NCBI GenBank assembly: GCA_014896235.1
Contig: JADBKU010000030.1
Span: forward strand, 32,939-96,938
Length of the DNA: 64,000 bases
Direction: 5' to 3'
Source of the DNA: a bacterium
Lineage (GTDB): Bacteria; Desulfobacterota; Binatia; Binatales; Binataceae
Part shown: positions 17,706-27,398 of the stretch, in pieces
Layout: the number at the start of each line of letters is the position of its first letter
Position numbering within the stretch: the first letter of the stretch is position 1
The notes under the pieces: model-generated
The model's input: only the letters and a program-made list of their open reading frames with translations
Told to the model about the DNA's origin: nothing
Databases searched by the model: none
Position numbers and translations under genes: made by a program

Positions 17706-19319
17706 ATGGGTGACGCGACGGTATCCGCGGCGGCGCCTGCGAACCGTGCGGCTCCGGCGGACGGCGAGCTTGCGCTTTCCGCCGGAGCCGCGCGCGCAAG
17801 CGCACGCTACAGTCTGTTCCGGTATTCGCCGCTGCTGTTCTTTCTCATAATTATTGTCGCAGACGCCAGCCAGTGGGCCGACCCCGATCTGTGGATTCAC
17901 TTGCGGGCGGGTCAATCCATTCTAGCCAACTGGCGCGTGCCGGCTATCGACGCCTATTCATACTCCGTGCCGGGCGCAATATGGACCGATCATGAGTGGT
18001 TATGCCAGGCGCTGATGGCGCTCGCATACGATCGTCTTGGCGTTTTCGGGCTCCAGTTATGGAAGCTGCTTTTGGTGGCCGCGACGCTCGGCTTCACGTC
18101 GATGAGTATCGCGGAGACCGGAGCGGCGCCTGCTTTGCAATTCAAAATCATGACGGTCGTCGCGATCGCCTTGATGGAGCAGTTGCAGTACCGGCCGCAG
18201 CTTTTTTCATACGCGATCTTCGCTGGACTTCTGGTCCTCCTGGCGCGCGACTGGCACGGCCGGCGAGCGCCTTTATTACTAGTGGTTCCGCTTATGGCGA
18301 TTTGGGCGAATCTTCATGGCGGATTCGTCATGGGAATTGCCGCGCTGGGAATCTACGCCGGATGCGTGATGAGTTGCGCGTTATTCGGCCACGTGGCAAG
18401 CATGCGCCGCGCAGTCGGACTGGGCGCTCTGACGCTTGCGGCCGCGGCCGCCACGCTTTTGAATCCCTACGGAATCGGTCTGTGGCGTTTGATTTGGCGC
18501 GCCGCGACCGACCCCGTAAGCCGCCTCGCGAATGACGATTGGCTGCCGCTTTCCCGTGCTGTCGAGGCGCAATGGATCAATTCTCACAGCGGCGCAATCT
18601 TTGTGTTGTGCGGCATAGGCGTGATGGCGGCGACCGCGCTTGCCGTCGTCCTCGCGCCGCGGGCGGGCGACTTCCCGTTCGTCGCGATCGCCGCGATCAT
18701 GTGCGCCGCCGCCATATCGTCATCGCGCAATCTGCCCTTTGCGATTATCGCGTGCGTATCCCCGCTGACTCTGCGCCTGGCAAAAAAGAGCCGCCAACGC
18801 GAATCGGAGGTTCGGACGCGATCCGCGGTAAATCCGTGGATTGCCGGCTTGATCGCGATCGTGGCCGTATGGCGGCTTGGACTCGTGTCCGGTCGGTTTA
18901 AGGCAGCGATCACGAATCCTGCCGGCGCGGTCCGGTTCATGCGGCAAAATTCGCTGCGTGGAAATATATTGAATGATTTTAATTGGGGCGATTATCTGAT
19001 TTGGCGCCTGGAGCCGCAGTCGAAGGTTTTTATCGATGGCCGGTATGACACCCTATATCCGTATTCACTGATTCGCCAGTATATCGATTTTCGATTCGAT
19101 TTGCCCGGCGCCCAAAAGACGCTGGACGGCTGGCCCCATGATTTCGTTCTGGTCGCTCCCGGCACGCCAGCATACAAGATGATGGTTAAACAGTCGGTAT
19201 GGAAGCTTGTCTATCTCGATAGCGTGTCGGCTCTCTTTGCCCGCGATGGGACCGCGGGCGCGCTCGTCACGCCGCATCTGAGGCCTGCGGAAAAGCCGGC
19301 CGACGAGTATTTTCCATGA
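17706..19319 (+). CDS. Polytopic membrane protein, probable GT-C glycosyltransferase (paralogue 1)
   Basis: DPDLWIHLRAG, HEWL, RPQLFSY, WANLHGGF, then a soluble C-terminal domain (GNILN..WGDYLIW, FIDGRYDT.YP). Confidence 0.7.
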   Translation: MGDATVSAAAPANRAAPADGELALSAGAARASARYSLFRYSPLLFFLIIIVADASQWADPDLWIHLRAGQSILANWRVPAIDAYSYSVPGAIWTDHEWLCQALMALAYDRLGVFGLQLWKLLLVAATLGFTSMSIAETGAAPALQFKIMTVVAIALMEQLQYRPQLFSYAIFAGLLVLLARDWHGRRAPLLLVVPLMAIWANLHGGFVMGIAALGIYAGCVMSCALFGHVASMRRAVGLGALTLAAAAATLLNPYGIGLWRLIWRAATDPVSRLANDDWLPLSRAVEAQWINSHSGAIFVLCGIGVMAATALAVVLAPRAGDFPFVAIAAIMCAAAISSSRNLPFAIIACVSPLTLRLAKKSRQRESEVRTRSAVNPWIAGLIAIVAVWRLGLVSGRFKAAITNPAGAVRFMRQNSLRGNILNDFNWGDYLIWRLEPQSKVFIDGRYDTLYPYSLIRQYIDFRFDLPGAQKTLDGWPHDFVLVAPGTPAYKMMVKQSVWKLVYLDSVSALFARDGTAGALVTPHLRPAEKPADEYFP

Positions 19320-20932
19320 TCTCGGATCGCGCGGTCGAAAAGTCGCAGGATGAACTGGCCTGCAATGCGGCCCGGCCGCAACCCGTCTCATTGTGGCGTT
19401 ACTCGGCCGCGCTCGTTTTCGTTGCGGCGGTGATCGCCAACGCGTGCTCTTACGCCGACATAGATTTGTGGGGACATGTCTATTTTGGCGAGGCGATGAT
19501 ACGGGCTGGACGGATTATCGCACACGATCCCTACAATTATTCAGTTCCAGGCCATCTCTGGCTCCATCATGAGTGGCTAACTGAAGTCATGATGGCGGCG
19601 ATCTATCAGCATTGCGGAATTGTCGGTCTCAAACTCTGGCATTTCAGCGTAACGGCGTTTGCGATTGTGATGTTGTCGATGGCGGAAGGCGAGACGGGCG
19701 CGCCGCCGCCGATCCAATTCGGCGTGCTTGCGGCCGCGGCCGTCACGTTGTCCGCCGTGATGCAGTTCAGGCCGCAGATTTTCACATACGCGCTGTTTGC
19801 GATGTTGATTTTTCTGCTTACGCGGGAGCTTTACGGCCGTCGCTCGCATCTTTGGCTCGTTATCCCGATGCTCGCGTTGTGGTCAAACCTGCACGGCGGC
19901 TTCTTCATCGGTTTGGTGACGCTCGGAATTTACACGGCCGTGATCGGCGTTGACGATTTGCTCTCAGGGCGCGGCCTGGAGCGGGCGTGGCGGCTGGCTG
20001 CATTGACGCTCGCGGCGGCGGCCGCGACCTTCGTCAATCCAATTGGAATCGAATGCTGGCGCACGGTGTTTGTGTCGCTAACCGATCCGCTGGCGCACAA
20101 GGTGATGGCGGACTGGCGGCCGATCGTTACGGTTGTGCGCGAGTCCGGCGCCCATGGTTCCGATAATCTACTACTCGAGCTGTGGGCCGCTTATATAGTA
20201 ACCCTCGCGATCTCTGTCGCTGTTACTCCGCGGCGCGACGATTGGCCATTAATCGCGATTGCCGCGGTGATGACGGCGGCGGCCTTCAGCGCGATCCGCA
20301 ATATTCCGCTGCCGGTGATCGCGGGTGCGCCGCTGCTTGCTCGTCATCTCGATTTGACTTTTCAGAAGCTTCTGGCCAAGAAAGGCGAGTTGGCCAACCC
20401 GGAGGCGCAAGACACGAGCAGCGTTCAGCGGATGTCGATTGCCGGTCAGAGCCTGATATTCATCGCGTCATTTGCAGTGCTATTTGGAAGACAGGGTCTG
20501 TTATCGGCGAAATTGGCGACGGTCGGAGAATATCCGTCGGGCGCGGTTGCATTCATGAAGGATCGCAACTTGCATGGCAATATCCTGAATCCGTCGCAAT
20601 GGGGGCAATATTTGATATGGCACCTTGCTCCTGAATCCAAAATTTTTTACGACAGCCGGTTTGACACGGTATATCCTCAAAAAGTTTTGATCCAATATCT
20701 GGATTTTTTCTTCGGACCGCCCTCAGGCGCCAAGCTTTTGACTGAATATCCAAACGATTTCGTACTTGTGATCACGAACTCGACCGCTTACAGAACGATG
20801 CTCGAGCAGCGGTCATGGAGACTGCTTTACCGGGATTCTGTTTGCGCCTTGTTCGCTCCCGCCGGTTCGCGGGCGGCCGAGATGCCGGGTCTGCCCGTAA
20901 TTGGCAAAGCAAAGAAGGTTTTTTTCCCCTGA
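19316..20932 (+). CDS. Polytopic membrane protein, probable GT-C glycosyltransferase (paralogue 2)
   Basis: Same motifs as the upstream gene (DIDLWGH, HEWL, RPQIFTY, WSNLHGGF, WGQYLIW); ATGA overlap. Confidence 0.7.
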   Translation: MISDRAVEKSQDELACNAARPQPVSLWRYSAALVFVAAVIANACSYADIDLWGHVYFGEAMIRAGRIIAHDPYNYSVPGHLWLHHEWLTEVMMAAIYQHCGIVGLKLWHFSVTAFAIVMLSMAEGETGAPPPIQFGVLAAAAVTLSAVMQFRPQIFTYALFAMLIFLLTRELYGRRSHLWLVIPMLALWSNLHGGFFIGLVTLGIYTAVIGVDDLLSGRGLERAWRLAALTLAAAAATFVNPIGIECWRTVFVSLTDPLAHKVMADWRPIVTVVRESGAHGSDNLLLELWAAYIVTLAISVAVTPRRDDWPLIAIAAVMTAAAFSAIRNIPLPVIAGAPLLARHLDLTFQKLLAKKGELANPEAQDTSSVQRMSIAGQSLIFIASFAVLFGRQGLLSAKLATVGEYPSGAVAFMKDRNLHGNILNPSQWGQYLIWHLAPESKIFYDSRFDTVYPQKVLIQYLDFFFGPPSGAKLLTEYPNDFVLVITNSTAYRTMLEQRSWRLLYRDSVCALFAPAGSRAAEMPGLPVIGKAKKVFFP

Positions 20933-21070
20933 TTCCATCTTGATTTGTACTTTTCGGCAGATTTTGCACGACCGCCGCATAAGCTTGCAGATCGGCGAGA
21001 GTTCGCCAATCTTGCGCGGTTCGGTTCCACTGGCGCGAGGCGCAATTCGGATGGCATACTTCCTTTCCTC

Positions 21071-21163
21071 GGAGAGGTGGCTGAGCCTGGTTTATGGCGC
21101 ACGCCTGGAGAGCGTGTAGACCCCGAAAGGGTCTCTGGGGTTCAAATCCCCCCCTCTCCGCCA
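21071..21163 (+). tRNA. tRNA-Ser (anticodon GGA)
   Basis: GGAGAGG/CCTCTCC acceptor stem, G discriminator and encoded CCA; anticodon arm CACGC-CTGGAGA-GCGTG; long variable arm AGACCC-CGAAA-GGGTCT; GTTCAAAT T-loop. Confidence 0.95.
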
Positions 21164-21477
21164 GACAGTCCGCGCGATTCCGCTGCAATCCAGAGAAAAC
21201 GCGCAAAGCCGCCCCGAGCCTGGCATTTTCGCCATGTGCAGCGCACCGGAGAAGGCTCGCCAGCGCCGAAATACCCCGCATCGGGCCGATTTCTTTCCGC
21301 GCGAAATAAATTCGGTTCGCTTTGGGCGAGCGCGCATTAACCGTCGGCGAACGATTATTCGCGACTCCGCGCCGAAACGGAGCCCGAGTGCGAATCTGCG
21401 CTTGATCCTTATGGAGGCCGGTCGGCTCAAGTCAGCGGCTTGACGTAAAATAGAACCGGCCCTAGGCTGACGATATC

Positions 21478-22128
21478 GTGGCGGACCTCCCAGAGATCAT
21501 TCCGCTCTTTCCGTTGCCCAACTTCGTGCTCTTTCCCGGCGTGCAGGCGCCTCTGCATATTTTCGAGCCGCGCTATCGCGAAATGGTGGCCGACGTCGCG
21601 CAAAGCCACGGCCTGGTCGGCATGATTATGCTGAAAGGCGATTGGGAGCGCGATTATTACGCCAATCCCGATGTATACGAAGTCGGATGCGCGGGCCGGA
21701 TTACGACGCTCGCCCGCCTGCCCGACGGCCGCTATAACCTGATCCTCGACGGCGTCAGCGAGTTTCGCGTGGTCCGGGAGGTTCGCGAGAAGGCGTACCG
21801 GACCGCGCACGTACAATGGTGTCCGGCGACGCCGATCGATCTCGACGGCGCGACGATGCGCAGCCTACGCGAGTTGCTGATCCAATTCCTTGGCCCGCCC
21901 GCGCACGATCTCTGGCGCTCGCTGGTCGAGCAGCGCGGCCTGACGGGCGCCGATTTGATTAACTTTATCTGCTTCCACCTCGATGTCGCGCCGATCGAAA
22001 AGCAGACGCTGCTCGCGGCGCTCGGCAAACGCGCGGGATGCCTCCTCGATATCCTGACGTTTCAGGTCGAAGAGCGGAAACTCGGCCCGGGCGGCGGCGC
22101 GACCGGTTCGTCCGGCCCCCTGCAGTAA
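21478..22128 (+). CDS. LON peptidase N-terminal substrate-binding domain protein
   Basis: IPLFPLPNFVLFPG..PLHIFEPRYREMV and LPDGRYNL. Confidence 0.9.
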   Translation: MADLPEIIPLFPLPNFVLFPGVQAPLHIFEPRYREMVADVAQSHGLVGMIMLKGDWERDYYANPDVYEVGCAGRITTLARLPDGRYNLILDGVSEFRVVREVREKAYRTAHVQWCPATPIDLDGATMRSLRELLIQFLGPPAHDLWRSLVEQRGLTGADLINFICFHLDVAPIEKQTLLAALGKRAGCLLDILTFQVEERKLGPGGGATGSSGPLQ

Positions 22129-22429
22129 TCTTCGAACCGCCGCACGAACGTCCGGAGGCGCCGCGTGGCGCCAAAATAATCTGGAACGATATTCGGGCGA
22201 GCTTCGTATAAAGGTTTGATTGGCCGTTTTGCGGCGTGTCGCGCGGCAGGCGGAACGCATTCGCTCAAACCATGTAATTTCTGGGGTATCCGCAGGATGA
22301 GACGGCAAATTTGCAGATTGCTGATTTTGCACGCTCAATCTGACGATTTGAAAGGCAACCGTTTGGAAATCAGCGGTTAAAGCCCGCCTAATCTGTAGGA
22401 GATATAAGCACGACAGGGTTTTGCGGCGA

Positions 22430-22445
22430 TGGCATGAAAAATGCT
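22430..22445 (+). promoter_or_regulatory. Sigma54 (-24/-12) promoter
   Basis: TGGCATGAAAAATGCT has exact GG-N10-GC spacing with TGGCA, about 100 bp before the ATG at 22544, in a long, less GC-rich intergenic region. Confidence 0.6.
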
Positions 22446-22543
22446 TGCTAAAACTGCAATCGCGAATTAGCGATCCTAGCGCGGCAAGTCCGGCCAGAAT
22501 TTGGACCAGTTCCGTATTTTGTGAAAGTGAGAAGCTGACGACA

Positions 22544-22975
22544 ATGGATTGGGAAAACGGCGTACTCGGATCGATCTTCGTGCCCGACGTCCTGACTCCT
22601 GAGCAATATTACGATGCGCGGCGCGACGACAGCGCCATGGCTCCGGTAAAACGGCTGATGATGGCGGTTCTGGAAGATGCGTTACGATGCTTTCAAAACA
22701 ACGCCGACGCCAAGAATGGCTCGCGAAAGCGGCTTTTTGCCGAGGCTGAACAATGGCTGTGCGGCGAAGACGGCGACGGTCCGTTCTCGTTTGAAACGGT
22801 ATGCGAAACGCTTGGAATCGAACCCAGCTTTCTGCGTTCCGGATTGCGCGAATGGCGCGACCAACAGCTCGCCGGCAACTCGACGCGCCGGCTGGCGCGG
22901 CGCTCGCCGGTCGTCCGCAGCGGCCGGATTAGCGCTCCAACCCGGCGCGGCAAGCGCGTTTCGCAAGCCGGTTGA
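22544..22975 (+). CDS. Hypothetical protein (PEQYY / KRLMMAVLEDA / PFSFETVCETLG motifs)
   Basis: Protein-like helical sequence with a basic tail; start MDWENG preferred over the TTG track start. Confidence 0.7.
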   Translation: MDWENGVLGSIFVPDVLTPEQYYDARRDDSAMAPVKRLMMAVLEDALRCFQNNADAKNGSRKRLFAEAEQWLCGEDGDGPFSFETVCETLGIEPSFLRSGLREWRDQQLAGNSTRRLARRSPVVRSGRISAPTRRGKRVSQAG

Positions 22976-23069
22976 TGCCGGAAGGACGGCGCCAGGATGC
23001 CAGATTTTTAGACAGATCGACGCGGCGGCGTTAGCCTTCGCCATTGGACGCCGCTGCTTCGTCAGTGCG

Positions 23070-24815
23070 TCACGGACGGTTCGAATAGACGGCGCCGGAT
23101 GGCAATTCCTGAACGCGCCAAGCCGGCGTTGGCGGAGGCGGATCGGCAGCCGGGTCGCCGTTGACAATCACCAGATAGACCCGGCGACCGGATTTGGTCC
23201 AGAGCTGGCGGAAGCTGGCGTCGTCAAGGAAATAACGGCTGGCGGTCGAATCGATTTCCCGGCCTTCACGCAAGTCGCCGCCGAGTCCATCGACAATCAT
23301 CACGGGTCTGCGCAGATAAAATGCGATCGGCGAGGCCGCCTCGAACGGTCCCATGATTACGACGGCGTCGGCCGGCGTAATCGTTTTCGCCACGCCGCGT
23401 GCGAGCGGCGCGACGGAACAGTACGGCTCCATTACTTCAAGTCCGCGATGGACCGCCCAATTGGAAACGATCGCCAGCGCCAGCATACCCGCGAATGCGA
23501 CGCGTTTGTGTGTGCGCCACACGGCGATTAGTCCGAGGCAACCGGCGCCGGTCAACGTGATTAACTCGACTATCACGGCTGGCGTCAGCTCCTTGAGAGA
23601 TGGCTGAACGGCGCCGCTCGCATTTCGATATTGTTCGTTGAGCACGGCGTATAGCCGGTCGATAATCGGCAGGTGCGCGCTGGCCAGCGCCACCACCCAG
23701 CCAAGCGCCGCGACGATCAGCATCGCCGCGAAGCAATTGCGCGCCGCCGCCGACGGCAGCTCAACGCGCGACCACCAGTATCCGACCAGAATCGCGAAGC
23801 CGGGAAGCGCCGGCAGCGCGTAGTATTCAAGTCGCGCCGGAGAGGCGAGAAAAAACGCTACCGCCGTAAAACTCCAGGCGAGCGCCGCGACGAGCAGATC
23901 ATGCTCAGGCGCCCGGCGGCGGATGTCGTGCAATGCAATCGCAATTGCGGGCGGCAGAAAAATCGCCCAAGGCAGGAACCAGACCGTGGTCGCGCCGAGA
24001 TAGGCCCCGACGCCGAGCGGAACGACGTCCAAGCTGTCGGCACCCTGCATGTAGCGCCGCAATTGGCCGGCCACGAGATAGTGCGCCATCACGTGCGGAT
24101 GACGAATTTCGACGAGAAGATGCCATGGCGCGGCGACTGTGACAAAAATCGCCGTCATCATGATTCCGCCGCTCCATCCGATGCGCTTAAGAAAGGCGCG
24201 CAGGTCGGCCGAGAAAATCCCCGCGACCGCCGCCGCAAGCGCGGGCAGGGCGATTCCGATCAGGCCTTTGACCATCACGGCCAGACCCAGTGTCGCCGCC
24301 GTCAGCGCCAGCATCGGCCGGGTCCGCTCAGGCCGCCGCCACGCCGAGAAAAACGCCGCCATCGCGACCACGAACAGCGCGGTCAGCGGCGCATCCATCA
24401 TGAGAGTGCGCGCGTAAATGAAATAGCCAAACGAAGTCGCCAGACAAACGCTGGCGGCGAGGGCCGCCGCGCGATTGCGCCAGAGTGCGATCAGCCAATA
24501 AAGCGCCATCACGCCGATCGCGCCGAATAAAACTATCGGCAGCCGGCCGGCCCAGGTAGCGGTTCCGAACAGGCGGTAGCTGAGCGCCGAAAGCCAATAG
24601 ACCAACGGCGGTTTCTCGAAATATGGCACGCCATTGCAGCGTGGCGTCAGCAGCTGGCCGGTCCGCGCGATTTCACGCGCGACCTCGGCGTACACGCCTT
24701 CGTCGAAATTGTAATAGTCCGGACCGAGGGCGGCCCATCCAAATAACGCCAAGCTGCCGATTCCAATCAGTAATGAGTCGGCGGCGTGGGTCCGTTCGCG
24801 CTCAGAGGGTTTCAT
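23070..24815 (-). CDS. ArnT-like GT83 glycosyltransferase
   Basis: DEGVYAEVAREI, YFEKPPLVYW, MDAPLT, KGLIG and YYALPALP. Confidence 0.88.
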   Translation of the reverse strand: MKPSERERTHAADSLLIGIGSLALFGWAALGPDYYNFDEGVYAEVAREIARTGQLLTPRCNGVPYFEKPPLVYWLSALSYRLFGTATWAGRLPIVLFGAIGVMALYWLIALWRNRAAALAASVCLATSFGYFIYARTLMMDAPLTALFVVAMAAFFSAWRRPERTRPMLALTAATLGLAVMVKGLIGIALPALAAAVAGIFSADLRAFLKRIGWSGGIMMTAIFVTVAAPWHLLVEIRHPHVMAHYLVAGQLRRYMQGADSLDVVPLGVGAYLGATTVWFLPWAIFLPPAIAIALHDIRRRAPEHDLLVAALAWSFTAVAFFLASPARLEYYALPALPGFAILVGYWWSRVELPSAAARNCFAAMLIVAALGWVVALASAHLPIIDRLYAVLNEQYRNASGAVQPSLKELTPAVIVELITLTGAGCLGLIAVWRTHKRVAFAGMLALAIVSNWAVHRGLEVMEPYCSVAPLARGVAKTITPADAVVIMGPFEAASPIAFYLRRPVMIVDGLGGDLREGREIDSTASRYFLDDASFRQLWTKSGRRVYLVIVNGDPAADPPPPTPAWRVQELPSGAVYSNRP

Positions 24816-25791
24816 CGAAACTTTCGATTGCGTGCGGAAAAATCAGGCCGAGCAGGATGCGGCAAATCATATTGCCGGCGCTGATCGCCAGCGAGACCGT
24901 AAGCACGTCAGCGGCGGGCGCGAAGTTCCTGAAGCACATCACCATCGCGGCCTGTTCCGAACCAAGGCCGACCGGCGTCAGAGGCAGGCTTGCAATCAGG
25001 AGAATCACCGGAGCAAGCGCGAGGGTCATCGTTAGCGGAACCTGCAAGCCGAAGGCGCGCATTTCGAAGTAGAGCGCGAAACCCTGAAACCCGAAGATCG
25101 CGGCGCGGATCAGTGAAAGCGAAAGATAGTGGCGCGGACGCGCGGTGCGGAAGGCGCCCATCGCGGGAAGGTCGTAGATTCGCTGCATCCAGCGCATGTG
25201 CGGCCTGCCGCGCATCCAGAACCATGCGACCAGCCAGAGCGCGCCCAGCATTGCGGTCAGATACCAGCCGAAACCGCGCAGGGACGATTGTGGCGCGATC
25301 GTCAGGCCCGCCAGCGCCATCGCGATCATTACCTGAAAATCGATCAGGGCCTGGAACAGCAGCGTGCAGGCTCCATCGAGCCAATGCGCCGACTTGCGTT
25401 TTTTGAGGAAGACGATCAACGCTCCGCTGCCGACGGCGACATTGACTAGTTGAAGAAAATATTGCGCCGCGTTGGCCGCGAGCGTTTCGCGAAACGTTGT
25501 GCGGCCGTGAAAATAGGTAAACAGGCGCGAAAAGAGCAGCGTTTCTCCGAAAAACCATCCGGCGAACGCAAGCACGACCGTCGTCGCGAACAGGCCGATT
25601 CGGGCGCGCGCCAGCGCGCCGAGCAGCGCCGCGAGCGGAACGTCGCGTGCGATCGCCACGATGATCGCCAGCGCGGCCAGATAGGAAAGAACGGTGCGCG
25701 AGCGCGATCCAAACCGGGCGGGACGCGCCGGCAACTCGCTGGATGCGGTTTCCAGACACGCCGCCGCGGCCGCCTCCGCCGACTTACGCAT
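24802..25791 (-). CDS. Lysylphosphatidylglycerol synthase TM / flippase-like membrane protein
   Basis: Multi-TM protein with LPLTPVGLGSEQAAMV; overlaps both flanking glycosyltransferase genes. Confidence 0.75.
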   Translation of the reverse strand: MRKSAEAAAAACLETASSELPARPARFGSRSRTVLSYLAALAIIVAIARDVPLAALLGALARARIGLFATTVVLAFAGWFFGETLLFSRLFTYFHGRTTFRETLAANAAQYFLQLVNVAVGSGALIVFLKKRKSAHWLDGACTLLFQALIDFQVMIAMALAGLTIAPQSSLRGFGWYLTAMLGALWLVAWFWMRGRPHMRWMQRIYDLPAMGAFRTARPRHYLSLSLIRAAIFGFQGFALYFEMRAFGLQVPLTMTLALAPVILLIASLPLTPVGLGSEQAAMVMCFRNFAPAADVLTVSLAISAGNMICRILLGLIFPHAIESFDETL

Positions 25792-27010
25792 GGCGCGCGT
25801 TCACCGAATCGTGCAATGCGGTCATCGCCGCGCCGCCGCCAACGCTCGCCGGGAGGCCGTTAGCCGCGATTTCCGGCTGTCCTGCCGCCCGCCGGTAGAC
25901 TTCCATGGTCCGCCGCGCCGCCCGCTCCCAGGAAAAACGCTGCGCATTGCGCCGCCCGGCCGCGACCAGCCGCGCGCGCATCGTTTCGTCGTGCAGCAGG
26001 TCCGAAAGCGCCGCGCCGAAACTGTCGGCATCGTCGGGATCGAAATACCGCGCCGCCTGCCCCGCGATTTCGGGCAGCGCCGCGCGCGCGGAACATGCGA
26101 CGGGAACGCCCGCCCGCATCGCTTCTATCACCGGCAGGCCAAAGCCTTCATAGAGCGACGGAAAGGCGAGCAGGCGCGCGCCCTGCATCAATTGGCGCTT
26201 CACGCGCTCGCTGACGTAGCCGGCAAACACGACGCGATTCGCGATGCCGAGTTCGCGCGCCAATTCCGGCAGCGATTCGCCGCTCATCGGAAGATGGCCG
26301 ATGATCACCAATTGGCAGTCTTCCGCAGCCTTCAGTCCGGCGAAAACGCGCATCAGCCCGACCATGTTTTTATGCGGGTTGATACTGCTGAAAGCCGCTA
26401 TGTAGGGCGGTCTGACGGCCGACGGCGCGCAGGATTCCGGAATCGAGGACTCCGCCGGCGCGGAAGCGCCGCCCGCGCCGTTGTGCACGACGAACAGGCG
26501 ATCGCGGGTCACCTTAAGCTTCGCCATAATTTCGCGCCGGCTGAATTCGCTGACGGTGATGATGGCGTTGGCACGGCGGGCGGAAAGCCTGACCAGCGCG
26601 CGCGCGATCGCGCGTTGCGCCGCGTTCGCCGCCTCGGGCAGAGCATCGAAATTCATATCGTGCAACGTCATCACGGTTGGACAGCGCGCGTGCAGCACCG
26701 TGGTGTCGAGCGGCGAATGAATCAATTCCACCCCTTCGCGCGCCGCCCGCCATGGCAAATAGAATTGCTCGCCGAAGATGCGCGTCAGCGCCAGCGAGCG
26801 GATGTTCCACCGCGCCGAAAAATCGCATCGCACGCGCCGGCAATTAACGCCGAGCGCGGCGAAAGAGGGATGGTTTTCGCGGTTGGTGAAAAGCAAAAAT
26901 TCGTCGTCGCCGCGTAACTGGCCAAATCCATGGATCAGGCCTCGTAAATAGGTTTCGCCGCCGCCGATCACGCCCGGCAGCAGGCCGAGCGCGTTGATGC
27001 CGATCTTCAT
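25784..27010 (-). CDS. Glycosyltransferase family 4
   Basis: VMTLHD, TVSEFSRRE, PHKN and FPSLYEGFGLPVIEAM. Confidence 0.92.
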   Translation of the reverse strand: MKIGINALGLLPGVIGGGETYLRGLIHGFGQLRGDDEFLLFTNRENHPSFAALGVNCRRVRCDFSARWNIRSLALTRIFGEQFYLPWRAAREGVELIHSPLDTTVLHARCPTVMTLHDMNFDALPEAANAAQRAIARALVRLSARRANAIITVSEFSRREIMAKLKVTRDRLFVVHNGAGGASAPAESSIPESCAPSAVRPPYIAAFSSINPHKNMVGLMRVFAGLKAAEDCQLVIIGHLPMSGESLPELARELGIANRVVFAGYVSERVKRQLMQGARLLAFPSLYEGFGLPVIEAMRAGVPVACSARAALPEIAGQAARYFDPDDADSFGAALSDLLHDETMRARLVAAGRRNAQRFSWERAARRTMEVYRRAAGQPEIAANGLPASVGGGAAMTALHDSVNARHA

Positions 27011-27153
27011 GCGAACGCACTCCCTGAGAAGACGCGCGGCATGGCGGCGAGCGCGATTTTCGCGTCGGTCAACTAAACGCCGTCAGCGCCACGCTGTCAA
27101 GGTAGGTACGCTCGAAATTGATATTGGTTACATTGGTAAGAAACTATAAAAGT

Positions 27154-27172
27154 GATAATGAATATCATTACT
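27154..27172. promoter_or_regulatory. Fur-box-like operator
   Basis: GATAATGAATATCATTACT matches 15/19 positions of the classical GATAATGATAATCATTATC. Confidence 0.6.
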
Positions 27173-27398
27173 AATTTCATTTGAATCCGCAGCCGCACAC
27201 GGACGTACTTTAGGTAAAAAGCTCGTATAATCAGGAAGACTGCATTCGCGGCGAGAGGCGGAAGTTCCGGCGTTGAATCGCATCAAATCGGCGGGTCGGG
27301 GCCGCCGATTAGACAACATGGAGTGAGTAAGTGAATATCGAGACGATTAAGGCGGCGATAGCGGCGGAAATGCGCGTTCGCGATGGATTGCGACGACG

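Noticed and set aside
21071-21163. Long-arm tRNA as an amber suppressor or tRNA-Sec/Pyl explaining the endolysin TAG
   Set aside because: The anticodon is GGA with a 7-bp acceptor stem and G discriminator, i.e. an ordinary tRNA-Ser.
27232-27312. Named riboswitch such as cobalamin
   Set aside because: One hairpin is visible, but no conserved riboswitch core could be matched by eye.
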